A DNA stretch of 64,000 nt from the NCBI RefSeq assembly GCF_009914755.1, contig NC_060931.1, one strand, 5' to 3'. Each line of letters begins with the position of its first letter. Within the stretch, counting starts at the first letter, position 1. The notes under the pieces were generated by a model. The model was not told the DNA's origin and did not search any database. It worked only from the letters and a program-made list of their open reading frames with translations. This document shows positions 36,366 through 54,943 of the stretch, piece after piece. A program made the position numbers and the translations under genes. This DNA is from the human T2T-CHM13v2.0 reference genome, Homo sapiens.

Positions 36366-36848
36366 TGCACCGCCGCCTGCAAGCAGAGTTTGTGCATGGA
36401 CGGGAGCTGGGACTGCCATCTCGGGATCCCGGTGGAACTTGGGCTGCCCCGGATAAGCCGGTCCTCAGTCTTCCCATCTGTGAGGTAGGCCGGGTGGATC
36501 AGGGAGCAGGAGGGTGTCCTCACACCGGGTAGGCTTGGTTTGTGGGCAGGGCTGGGTGGTGGGGTGAGAGCTGGGAGCACTTGGGGTTTGTCGCTCACCT
36601 TGATGACCGCCCCCCAGTCTTCATGAGGATCAGGGAGGATGGCCGCATGCAGCCCATTTGAAGGGGAAACGAAGCGGTCGCAGCTTGGCCCCTGCCCCTT
36701 GGGGACTGCACTGCATCCTAGGAGTCAGAGCCTCCTGGCCTCGAGCCTCATCTCTTTTGCTGATTTGTGCAATTTGGACAAAATCCTGCACTGTTCTGTG
36801 CCTCGTTTCTTTCTTTCTTTCTTTTTTTTTTTTTTTTTTTGAGACTGA

Positions 36849-37514
<666 letters not shown>

Positions 37515-37916
37515 CCTGTTCTGTCCTTAGCTTCCCCAAGGAATGGGGCTGGTCCAGGTTTTGATGTGGGTCCCTTAAAGGAGGGCACGAGGGCCACCTG
37601 TGCTCTGGCAGGCATCCTCCCTGGGGTCCAGGTGGGCAGCCACTTGGGCCAAGACTGCGCCAGGTGACACCAGAGCATTTCCCAGAGCCCACGCCGGGCC
37701 CTTCCCTTGCCCGAGGCCGGCTGACTGCCCTCCCTGGGTTACCCTCTTTGCAAAGCCCCGAATGTCCTCTGCAGGCCACCCACACTAACCAGGTCAGTCA
37801 CTGGGCAGCCAGACCCCCACTTATAGCTTCCCTAGGCCCCAGTGCAGAGATGCCATCCACCCCCATCTAGGTGAGGGCTTGGGGCCACTCTTAGCATTAG
37901 TATCATTTTCTTCTAG

Positions 37917-38808
<892 letters not shown>

Positions 38809-39030
38809 TGAAGTGATCCTCCTGCCTCGGCCTCCTAAAGTGCTGGCATTACAGGCGTGAGCCACCGTGCCCGGCCGAATAGCTCATTTAGATGGCTGCA
38901 TGTGGTCACTGCCCCTGCACGGGTGGCACCCAACTTCCAGTCGAATCCTGCTTCTTGGTGCCCTGATATGGCAGAATGCCCCCAGACACCACCCCTACTC
39001 CAGCTCCTGAAATAAACCACTCCAGACAAT

Positions 39031-39036
39031 TTTATT
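39031..39036 (-). terminator. Putative poly(A) signal (AATAAA) of the TNRC18 copy
   Basis: TTTATT on + at the distal end of the AU-rich 3'UTR. Confidence 0.65.
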
Positions 39037-40382
39037 TTTCCAATTAAATCTTTTCTTTTTTTTTAATGAAAAAAGATCACACAGAATTTGCCAACAAACA
39101 AAATTCCAAAAGAAACATAAAAAAAAAAAAACAATAATTCCCCCAAAAAACAAACCCAAAGTCTGGCTATTCCTTCCCTCAAGATTGTCTGGTCGAGGCC
39201 TTGGTTTCCCTGGAAGGCCTGGGGCCTGGTTAAGTGCTTTCTGGGGCCCAAGCAGGGACCCTGGGCTCGGGCCGGCTCCTGCTCTCCCTAACACTTCTCT
39301 ATCCTGGGGGGTGAGTACGGTACACTTGGCGGGGTGGGCGGGGGGTGTGCTGGAGACCGGGAGGCTGGTGAAGCCGGTGCTAGACACTACAATCTAATAG
39401 GAAATAAAAAATAATATTCTGCACATCAGAATGTGTTTTTTTTTTATAATTTTATAGCTATTTTTCAGTTTTAAAAAGTTTATATATATTTATATATATT
39501 TATCTTTATATATATAATTAAAAAGTTGACTCCATTTAAAGGCTTATGATACAGGGGCAGGGCGAGTCTCTTGGTACAATAAAACTGTACAGGTTAAGAA
39601 GTGCCACCTCCCTCCTGGGTGGGGAGGGGCCGGGCGTGGCCGGGCGAGGGTTTCAGCACCATTGGGGTTTTCTGTAGTGTGAGGGTTTGGACCAGGGTGG
39701 GCCTGTGCCGGGCCCTCTCCACCTGGTGCCTTTGATACCCCGGGCTGCAACCCCACCCTGCTGTGTTCCCCAAGTCTAGGCCATCCTGAGAGGGTGGGGG
39801 CAAGGCCCCTGGCACAGTCAGTAGGCCAGCTGGCATCGGGCCACCCCATCCCATGCACAGTGGGAGGCCTTGGGGTGGGCTCCATGCTAAGGGTGCCCGG
39901 GAAGCCCAGAGTGAGCGTCAGTTTGGTTCCTTAGAAGCGCCCCTCCCCACTGAATCCCCAGTCTGCATGGGCCTGGGGGCACCCGGGCCCCCATGCAGCA
40001 GCAGGCTGGAGGGCCGGCCTGGCCAAGTGCTTGCAACGTGCTGGGCAGGAAGGGCCGGTCCCGGCTGAGACTGCCCTGAGGGGGACAGCAGGGCCATACC
40101 CTGATAGCTAAGAGGGGCCCCTGTCCTGGGGGCACTGAGGGGTTGGAAGGTGGGGCTGGAAGCATGTGCACATGCATGCACACACGTGCATGCACACGGG
40201 CACACACATGCACAAACATGCTCACCCGGGCGTCCACGTGCACACCTGGCCCCATGCTCACGCCTGCAGGAGCGCTCGCATGCACACAACGCACATGGTC
40301 TCCAAACCATGGCAGTGATGGAGAGGGGTCCCTGGCCGCCCTCGGGGCACAGGTGGCCGGTGGCCAGCAGAGCCCGGCGGGC

Positions 40383-41842
<1,460 letters not shown>

Positions 41843-42624
41843 TCAACCCCTATCCAACTCTTGGGAAAGGAGGAAGCCCCTTGTCTTGCTCCAAGTGGGG
41901 AAGCCCCTCTTCCACCTCTTTGATATGCTGGGTCTCCAAGAGGCGCTTCCCTTAATCTAAGGATTCTGCCACTACCAGACTTTTTATTTTTGAGACAGGG
42001 TCTCCCTCTGTTGCCCAGGCTGGAGCGCAGTGGCACCATCATGACTCACTGCAGCCACGAACTCCTAGACTCAAGAAATCCTCTCCCACCTCAGCCTCTG
42101 AGGAGCTGAGAATACAGGCGCACAACATGCCCGGCTAATTTTGATTATTTTTGTAGAGAACAAGGTCTCACTATGTTGCCCAGGATGGTCTCAGACTTTT
42201 GGCCTCAAACCACCCTCCCACCTTTGCCTCCCAAAGCACTAGGATCGCAGTGTCAGCCACTGCACCTGGCCTTATTTTTCTTTTGAAAATTACTTTTTTC
42301 AGAGAAAGGGTCTTGCTCTGTCACCCAGGCAGGACTGCAGTGGTACTATCATAGCTCACTGCAGCCTCAATCTCCTGGGCTCAAGCCATCCTCCTCCCTC
42401 GGCCGCCTGAGTTGATGGGACTACAGGAATGCACGGCTAATATTTTCATTTTTGTAGAGATGGGGGTTTCACTATGTTGCCCAAGATGGTCTTGAACTTT
42501 TGGCCTCAAGTGATCCTCCCACATAAGCCACCCAAAGAGCTGGGATTACAGGCGTGAGCTACCACACCTGGCCTTTTTTATCTTTTAAAAATTGTTATTA
42601 TTATTATTATTCTTTTTGAGATGA

Positions 42625-42831
<207 letters not shown>

Positions 42832-43229
42832 TGACCTCAAGTGATCCTCCTGCCTGGGCCTCCCAAAATGCTGGGATTACAGGTGTGAGCCACTGCGCCC
42901 GGCTAAAACTATTATTTTTTTCAAGACAAGGTCTCACACTATCGCCCAGGTTGGAGTATAGTGGCACAATCATAGCTCACTGCAGCCTTGACCTCCCAAG
43001 CTTAAGTGATCCTCTCGCCTGGGCCTCCCAAAGTGCTGGGATTACAGACTTAAGCCACTGCACCTGGGCAAGAGAGACTTGAAACTCCATTCTAGAGCAG
43101 CTTTGGAAATGCTGCCTGAGACACCACGGACCCCTACTGGAACATGCAGGTGCTCCTGCCCCACATCTACAGCACGTTGGGGGCTCCCTGCCAGCCTGCC
43201 TGAACCACCCTCACTTCTCACACTGGGTC

Positions 43230-43710
43230 CTGTCACGTGTATGTGCCTGTGTGTGCACATGTTCATCTGTGCATTTGTGCATGTGTGTTCATGCATGGAT
43301 GCATGTGCATGCATGTATGTGCCTACACTTGTGCACATGTTCGTGTGTGTGCACGTGTGTTCGTGTGTGCACCCACGTGTTTGTGTGTGTATGCACATGT
43401 ACTCATGTGTGCATGCACATGTGCATGGATGCATGTGCACGCATGTATGTGCCAACATTTGTGTACGTGTGCAAGAGTGCGTTTGGGTGGGTGTAGTGTA
43501 TTTGTGTGCATGTGTGTGCATGTTCATGTTTACATGGTTCGTGTATGTGCCTGCATTCACATGTACGTCTGTGTGCGTGTGTACTTGCTTTTGTGTGTGG
43601 CTGTATGTGCATTCGTGTGTACATGTGCATGCATATGTGTGCATGTGTGCGTGTGTGCATGTGCCTGTGTTTTTGAGTGCACTGTGTGCAAGTGTGTGTG
43701 CATGTGTGTA
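43230..43710. repeat. Degenerate (TG)/(TGCA)n purine-pyrimidine minisatellite, intronic
   Basis: About 480 bp of TGTGTGCA/TGCATG-type units, which generate spurious His/Cys-rich ORFs. Confidence 0.9.
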
Positions 43711-44357
43711 GACAGCCACAGGTAGGCTGGAAGGGCTCCTTCTGAACAGCTAACCCACTGCTGCAGGCAGGGCACACGGGACCCCGACCTGGCCAGCCAG
43801 GACTTTGTTTTCCAGGCCATATTGATTCACTCAGGGGTGGGCACATGATCCTGGCCAGGCCAAGGAGCTTCAATCGTGGACTTTTGCTAGCAAACCCGGG
43901 AAGGAGGTACCTTCTGCTGGGACTGCCACACTAGTGGCCAGGAGCCCGGGGCATGGCTGGGAACACTAAAATGCCACGCACAACAGGCTGTCAGGCCCCG
44001 CACCTGGAATCCCAGCACTCTGGGAGGCCGAGGCAGGAGGATCACTTGAGCCCAGGGGTTCAAGACCAGCCCAGGCAACACAGTGAGACCCTGTCTCTAC
44101 AAAAATATTTAAAAATCAGCTGGGTAGCATGGTGGCACACGTCTGTAGTCCCAGATACTCAGGAGGCCGAGGTGGGAAAACTGCTTGGGCCCAGATGTTC
44201 AAAGCTGCAGTGAGCTATGATGGCGCCGCTGCACTCCAGCCTGGGTGACAGAGCAAGATCCTCTCTCTAAAAAAAAAAAAGAAAGAAAAGAAAAAGCCAG
44301 GCGCGGTGGCTCACACCTGTAATCCCAGCACTTTGGGAGTCCGAGGCAGGCAGATCA

Positions 44358-44795
<438 letters not shown>

Positions 44796-44948
44796 TCAGT
44801 GTACCCATCCATAAAGTGGGACGCCAGCCCTCCACCCTGGGGTTCTGGGAGGTTACCACACGCGGAGACACGGCGTGAAGCCGTGGGCCCAGCAGAGAGA
44901 GACAAGGCCCCCGGCCCCTCGGCCGTGCCCGGGCGCGAGCTTGCTCAC

Positions 44949-45363
44949 CTGGGTGGGCTTGCCAAACCACTTCCAGAGCTGTCAGGCTGGCAGGAAGGCG
45001 GCAATCTTGGGCCGGTTCTCCACGGACGGCAGGCGCTGCCGCTTGGCCAGCTCCTTGGTGGTGGGGAGGTGGACGCCCTCTCTCTTCTTGGGTCGGCTCT
45101 TGGCCCCAGCCTGAGTCTTGGGCTGCAGAGGCTGTGTGGGCTGCGGAGGAGGCGCCTGGGGCTGGGGCGCGGGCGTCTTCTTGCCTGGGGAGTGGGCCGA
45201 GGGCCGCGCCTTGCCAGCCTGCTTGGTGGCCTTGGTGGGGAGCGCCGCCTGCGCAGAAGGGCCAGCCGTGGGGGCGGGGGCTGCCTCATCGTCCGAGCTG
45301 CAGGAAGAGTCCTCATCTGTGGTGGAGGAAGAAGAAGAGGAAGAGGAGGAGGAGGATGAGGAT

Positions 45364-45395
<32 letters not shown>

Positions 45396-45396
45396 C

Positions 45397-45431
<35 letters not shown>

Positions 45432-45586
45432 TGAGGAGGATGAGGAGGAGGAGGAGGAGGAGGAGGCCGGTGAGGTCGCCCTGGAGCTGGCAGCGCTGCA
45501 GTTACGGCCCCCGGCGCCACGGCCCCCGGCGCCACAGCCCCCGTCCCCGTTCTTGTCGCCTTCCTCCTCCCCTTCTGTCTCCGAGC

Positions 45587-45619
<33 letters not shown>

Positions 45620-46264
45620 CGGACTCTTCGGCCCCGTCCTGCTCAGCCTGGGCCTTGTCCGGGCTCTTGGGGTTCCCAGAGTCCTCGAACGTGAGCCCCG
45701 GCCCGGGTTCCTGGGCGAGGTCCCGGTCGGTGGCCTTGGGCCAGGGTGCCTTGGGCTCGCTGCTGCCGGCCGCAGGGTGATAGCTGCCCAGGCTCAGGAG
45801 GCTCTTGGGCTCCTGCCAGCCCCCCGCCCCCGGATCCTCCCAGAGCAGCAGGGCCTCTTTAGCCTTCTTGCTTTTGGGTGACATGACACCCTCGTGATCC
45901 GGTTTGACAAGCAGCTCGGCCTCCTCCCCCGGCCTCCGAGGGCCCTTGGCACCCGACTCCTTGGCTGCCCGCGCCTTCTTGGGCTTGGGGCGTGTGGCAG
46001 GCATGGTGATGAGGGGTGCTGGGGCCAGGGTGGTGGCAGGAGCTGGCAGCTCCACAAATGGCTCGGGTGCTGGGCAGCTGGTGAAGGCGGGTGGTGCGGG
46101 ACTGGGCTGCGGCAGTGCCCGGCGCACCTTGGGGGCCTTGGCTCGCTTGTCCACAGGCTCTGGGGGGCTCTTCTTGGAACCTGGGGTGCTGCTCGGCTCC
46201 AGGGCTAAGGGGGTACTGGGGACTTCGTCTGTTGGGTTCCCTTCCTCCAGGGTAGCAGCTCTGT
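44949..46264 (-). pseudogene. TNRC18P: TNRC18 large Ser-rich exon with a nonsense codon
   Basis: ttgcag|AC AGA GCT...; 47-Ser tract at 45324-45464; ...FLPA*QLWKWFGKPTQ|gtgag. Confidence 0.93.
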
Positions 46265-46992
46265 CTGCAAAACAAAACAGATGAGAGGCTGGGGCGGGGG
46301 CTTCCTGGCAGAGATGAGCTGTGGCTTTCATCAGAAAGGCCTGCTTCTGTGAGTTTTGTTTTTGTTTTTGTTTTTTTTGAGATGGGGTCTCAGTCACCCA
46401 AGCTGGAGTGCAGTGGCGTGATTAAAGCTCATTGCAGCCCTAACCTCCCTGGGCTCATGTGAGCCTCCAGCCTCAGTCTCCCAAGTAACCTGAGGCCACA
46501 AGCATGCGCCACTATGCCTGGGGAATTTTTTGTATTATTATTATTATTTTTTTTTTGGTAGAGATACAGTTTTGCTCTGTTGCCCAGGCTGGTCTTAAAC
46601 TCCTGGGCTCAAGCGATCCCTGTGCCTGGGCCTCATAGAGTGCTGAGAATAGGTGTGGACCACTGCGCCCAGCAGAAAGGCCTGGTTTCAATCCTGGCCC
46701 TGCTACTTCTTGAGTGGAACCTGGCTGCAGCCTTCTTAGGCCTCCTTCGGCAGTTCCCCTATAACAACCTTAAGTTGTGTTGGCCCCAAAGCGGGTCCTC
46801 CTCTGCTTTCAGCCTGCATGAAGCATTTTCTCTGGATTCTGGAAAGAAACACAGGCCAGCTGCAGCTCAGCTCTGCCTCTGACAAACCAACCTGCCTCCC
46901 TCAGCCTCAGTTTCCTCATCTGTCACCTGGTCAGAACGGCCCTGCGGTGCAGGTGCAGAGTTCTCTTTTTTTTTTTTTTTTTTTTTTTTTGA

Positions 46993-47751
<759 letters not shown>

Positions 47752-47757
47752 TAATGA

Positions 47758-48104
<347 letters not shown>

Positions 48105-48352
48105 TGAGCCACCACACCCAGCCATTAACAATTTTTGATCAGCTTCCCATGGCCTGGGCCACTGGGCTTGTGCTGTCCTCATGGACCCAGGACCCGGGAA
48201 CCCTGGGATCTCACAGGAGCCCATCCATGGATTCTGCTACTTCTATCACCTGTGGCTCCAAATGACTTCAGACACAGCCCAGAGCTGGGCTTGGAGGGCG
48301 AGAGCCTGGGTGGGCGGCCCCTGGCAGGAGCCCGGGTGTCATGAGCTTGTCA

Positions 48353-48493
<141 letters not shown>

Positions 48494-48699
48494 TCAGGGG
48501 AGGCCCTCCGACCTCCAGCTCCCTAGTGAGGCACAAAGGTCAGGATGGCAGAAACTGGCCCCTGTGCAGCCCTGGTCTCTATGGTACAGCAGTGGGGACA
48601 TGGGTGGAGGGTATACAGTGGCTCAGAATGTGGGTGTTAGAGCCAGGCCATCCGGGCAGGAGAAATGGGTCTCCCTTTCTTTTTTTTTTTTTTTTTTGA

Positions 48700-48998
<299 letters not shown>

Positions 48999-49999
48999 TG
49001 ACTTTGGGTGACACAAGACAGCTGAGCACATGCACCTGTGCCCGCTCATGCACAAGACCCTCCTGCAACCACAGCAAAGGAGGGACACAGGTGTCAACCC
49101 TGAAGGACATGAAGAATGGGAAAGGGGAGGGCGGCAGTGGGAGACGGTGGCATTTCCGGAGAGATGCCGGGATGAACGTGCAGGAGCGGGCTTTGATCTC
49201 CTAGGAGGAGGTGATACCCACGAGGAGGAGGTGGTTTTCCCAAGAGAATCCTGCCAAGGCTCGGGCTCAAGAGGCCCCAACCACCTCTGGAGGCAGGGCT
49301 GAGGGAGACCTCAACACTGAACAGGCTGAGGGTGGCCCAGCTGGCAGGAGCTGGGAGGTTCACCCTAGAGAGAGGCTCCAGACTGAAGGACACTGAGCGT
49401 AGGGAGGAGGCTGTACAGGCCCCCCAAAGGGTGATAGCCCAGCCCTCTTCCCAAACGCCAGATGCTGGGACTATATCCCCAAGGATGTGAGTCTTGCAGA
49501 ATCTGGGCAGCCCCCTAACAAAACCTTCCTGTCCACCCACTATGACAAAGACTCATGAGTGCACAGAGTTCCCATCAGCTTGATAATGTTCCCTTCATTC
49601 AGGGTCCCCAGATGCCTAAGAAGTTCTAACCAGAGGAAGAGCACAGCACCAGCAAACAGAAGGAGGGGGGACTGGGAAGAGAGAGGGAGCTGCAGAAAGC
49701 TAAAATGAGGCCAGGTGCAGTGGCTCACGCCTGTAATCCCAGCACTTTGGGAGACCAAGAGAGGCAGATCACCTGAGGTCAGGAGTTCGAGGCCAGTCAG
49801 GCCAACATGGTGAAATCCCGTCTCTACTAAAAATACAAAAAATTAGCTGGGCATGGTGGTGCATGCCTGTAATCCCAGCTACTCCAGAGGCTGAGGCAGG
49901 AGAATCACTTGAATCCGGGAGGTAGAGGCTGCAGTAAGCTGAGATCACTGCACCGCACTCCGGCCTGGGTGACAGAGCAAGACTCTGTCTCAAAAAAAT

Positions 50000-51000
50000 A
50001 CAGAAAGTTAAAATGAAAAACAATCCTCTGAGAAAGTTTAAAAAGAAATGTGTTGATAAAACAAAAAAAAATTTAAGGAATATTCAGAGAATAAGAAAGA
50101 ACTCTTAAGGATTTTTTTTTTTTTGAGACAGGGTGTCATTCTGTCACCCAGGCTGGAATGCAATGGCGCAATCATAGCTCACTGAAGCCTCGACCACCCA
50201 GGCTCAGGTGATCCTCCCACTTCGGTCTCCCAAGTAGCAAGGACAACAGGTGCACACCACCAAGCCTGGATAATTTTTTTTTTTTGAGACAGAGTCTCAC
50301 TATGTTACCCAGGCTAGAGTGCAGCAGTGTGATCTCGGCTCACTGCAACCTCTACTTCCCAGGTTCAGGTGATTCCTTCCTGCCTCAGCCTCCCGAGTAG
50401 CTGGGATTACAGGCACCCGCCACAACGCCCAGCTTATTTTTGTATTTTTAATAGAGACGGGGTTTCACCATGCTGCCCAGGCTGGTCTCAAACCCTGACC
50501 TCAGGTGATCTGCCCACCTTGGCCTCCCAAAGTGTTGAGATTACAGATGTGAGCCACCACGCCTGGCCCACGCCTGGCTAATTTTTGTATCTTTTTGTAG
50601 AGACATGGTCTTGCTATGTTGCCCAGGCTGGTTTCGAACTCCTGGGTTCAAGTGATCTGCCCGCATCAGGCTCCCAAATTGCTGGGACTACAGATGTAAG
50701 CCACTGCCGCTGGTGGAGAATTTTTTTAAATGACAGCAGAAAATTTTAAAATTCAAGAAAACAGAAGGGGTTAGAAGATAAAAGTAGAGAAAATCTCTCC
50801 GCAAGTTGAACAAAATAAGAAAATATTAACAGAAAAAAAGACACACACACCAGGGGCCATGGGACCTAGCCCAAGTTCCAGGGAAAACATGAAATTCACA
50901 AGAGAAGTTAACCAAGTTGTGCTACAAGTAGAGCTTCCAAGAATCAAGGAAATTTGCTTCAGAATCAAAGCCTCCCTCTGCAGATACCAAGCATGATGAG

Positions 51001-51045
<45 letters not shown>

Positions 51046-51450
51046 AATTCCAGATCTAGGGACAGTGAGAAGATCCTAAAAGTTTCCAGAGATAAAAAAG
51101 CAGGTCTCCTACAATGATTTTGGAATCACAATGTTGAATGTCTTCAACATGGGAAGCAAGAGAAAAATAGAAAAATGTCTTTGAAATGGTGAGGGGAACT
51201 ATTTCCAGTTGTGAATTTATACCCAGCTCAACTATCTCTAAAGAATAAGGGTACCCAGCTCAACTATCTCTAAAAAATAAGGGTAGAATGAAGAGATTTG
51301 CAAATACACAAGGATGTGAGAAATTTAACTCCCACAGACTCTTCCTCAGAAAGCTACTCAAAGATCCACTGTTTAAAACAAGGAGCTGAACCAAAAAAAG
51401 AGAAAAACATGCAACACAACAAAAGTGGTTCCCAGGATGAGGGACAGGGA
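50000..51450 (+). mobile_element. Degenerate old L1M ORF1-region remnant with a 32-bp tandem duplication (51220-51284) and (CA)n (51002-51043)
   Basis: A-rich text resembling the L1 ORF1 C-terminus (AGAAGATCCTAAAAGTTTCCAGAGA...GAATTTATACCCAGCTCAACTATC). The duplicated unit is TACCCAGCTCAACTATCTCTAAA(G/A)AATAAGGG. Confidence 0.55.
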
Positions 51451-51879
51451 AGGCCCAAGAATCCAGAATGATACCCATGAGGCAGGCCTAGAACACAGCC
51501 AGCACCTCCCAGTACAGGGGGACAGCGTGTGCCAGGAAATCCGAATCTAAGGCCAACTTCTGCTTTATTAACAGCACTTTCAGAATTTGGATGATAAATG
51601 AGTGACTAATACAATGGAAAAAACTAAGTCTTCTGGCCTGAGATCCTCTACTCAGGCTGGACCAGTCATCTGTTGTTTTGCTGAGCTGGCATTGGCTTCC
51701 ATCTTCTGGGTATGAATGGATTGTAGGCCAAGCAGTGGACTGTATTTGGCATGTGAGTGGGCTTTTTTTTTTGCACAGGCGGGGAATGTCTAATCCACAT
51801 CCATACCCCCTCTCTAGGATACATTGCTTTTGCAAAAGCTAAGGGTTGGACCATTTGACTGTCTTTCTTGCCTGTCTGA

Positions 51880-52140
<261 letters not shown>

Positions 52141-52143
52141 TAA

Positions 52144-52248
<105 letters not shown>

Positions 52249-52704
52249 TAACAACATGTCCACTTTGCAGGGGAAGCCACCCTCCCATCTTTCTCAGTCC
52301 ACGAATAAAAGGGAGGTGACCTCACTCCTTAGCCCCAGGGATGAGAATCTGACCCAGGCCCGGTCGATCAGACTCACGGCGGTAGGATCAATGAAAACCA
52401 TGTGGCCCAAGTCAGTTCACACTAGAACTTGTGTGGGAAAACCGGGACTGAGAAATCGTACAATGGTAAGATTTCTTAAGATGGTAAAATACAATCTCCA
52501 AGGAGCTAGTGTGAAGCCAGCACAGATGACAGCACTGCTGACAGATACTCAGAGCTGGAGTCCTGATGACATCGTTTAAATGGCACCTGGATCCAACCAT
52601 GCCTGAAGGCCATACAGTTTTCAGTTATGTGAGCCCACACGTCTTTATTCTTAAGCAGTTAGAGTTGGGTTTTAGTAGCCAAACAAGTCCATACTGAGAT
52701 GTTA

Positions 52705-52848
<144 letters not shown>

Positions 52849-53968
52849 CTAGGAGGGCATGGGATGAGTCCAAGGTGTGGACACAGTTGTGGCCGTGGCC
52901 TTGGACACCCAGCCCACCCCGAGCCTCCCGAGGCCCCGCCCCTCCCCCTCTCATCACCTCCTGCAGCAACTGCTCCAGACAGTAGATGTGGGGCTGGTTC
53001 CCATGCTCACCCTCCACCACCACGCGGTATCTGTAGGAGCAAACGAGGTGTGAGGTGGCAGAGGCCAAGACCTCCCCAGAGGGCCTCAACCCCACCAGCA
53101 CCAGCACTGCCTCCTAGACCACTGGGAGGTGACACCAGGACTCAGAGGTTTGCTGACTTGCTGAATTTGGGAATTCTCCCCCTTTCTGGGTTCATTTTCT
53201 TCATCTGTAGGACTAGGGGTTGTAGAGCACACCAGGCTGGCACAGTCCAGATCCTGAGAGAGGCCAGCACGCTCTCTCACCCCTTCCCACTGTGGCTCCT
53301 GCCATGGAGCAGCCGTGCCCAGCCCCTGGGAGGGTTCACCTGGTACTCCCTCAAAGTGCCCAGGGCCTCCCCGTCAGCTCTGAGCCCACTCATGCCCCTG
53401 CCCTGTGCCTTCGGGGGAAGCCACAGCCGAGAAAGGAGAAGCAGCCGGGCACAGAGGCGGCCAGGACACGGGGCGGGTATGGGACACAGGGCGGGTATGG
53501 GACACGGGGCTCTGCGCCGGACCTCCCACCCCACTCACATGTCTGGTGAGTGCACGGTCTGCACGTGCCCAGCCTACAGCAGCTTGTCGTCCAAGGGGAT
53601 GAGCACACGCAGGCCGTCCTTCAGCTCGTCCTTGTCGATGATGCAGGAGCGAGGGGCTGCAGGGGTTGGATCGTGAGGCAAGACTGGAGCCAGGGGTGTC
53701 TGCGACACCTCTCCCTCCTCCTGTCACCCCCAAGTCATCCCCTTGGAATGGAGGCCCTGGTGCTGGGTGGGCCTGTGGGTCTGAGACATGTGCACTCCTT
53801 CGTCTGCCTGTATGTGTACCCGTGCAGACCTGTGTGTACCAGTGGGCACGCACAGGGTGCCGTGGCCAGCCCCTCTCCTCCCCTCTCCTCCCCTCTCCTC
53901 TCAGCCCCCTCCCCGGCCTGGCCCCAGATGTCTGCAAAGACCCCAGGTGGGTGTGAACCCAGGGATGA

Positions 53969-54425
<457 letters not shown>

Positions 54426-54547
54426 TGAGCCACCGTGCCCGGCCTCTTTTTTTTTAATAATTTTTTCAGGCCAGGTGCGGTGGCTCACGCCTGTAATCCC
54501 AGCACTTTGGGAGGCTGAGGCGGGCAGATCACAAGGTCAGGAGATCA

Positions 54548-54943
<396 letters not shown>

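Noticed and set aside
43042-43873. His/Thr- and Cys/Val-rich ORFs of 150-225 aa
   Set aside because: They are translations of a TG/TGCA minisatellite that lacks stop codons.
45118-45780. 220-aa poly-Glu ORF on +, and 186/196-aa Arg- or Pro-rich ORFs
   Set aside because: These are antisense or alternate-frame shadows of the TNRC18 poly-Ser exon.
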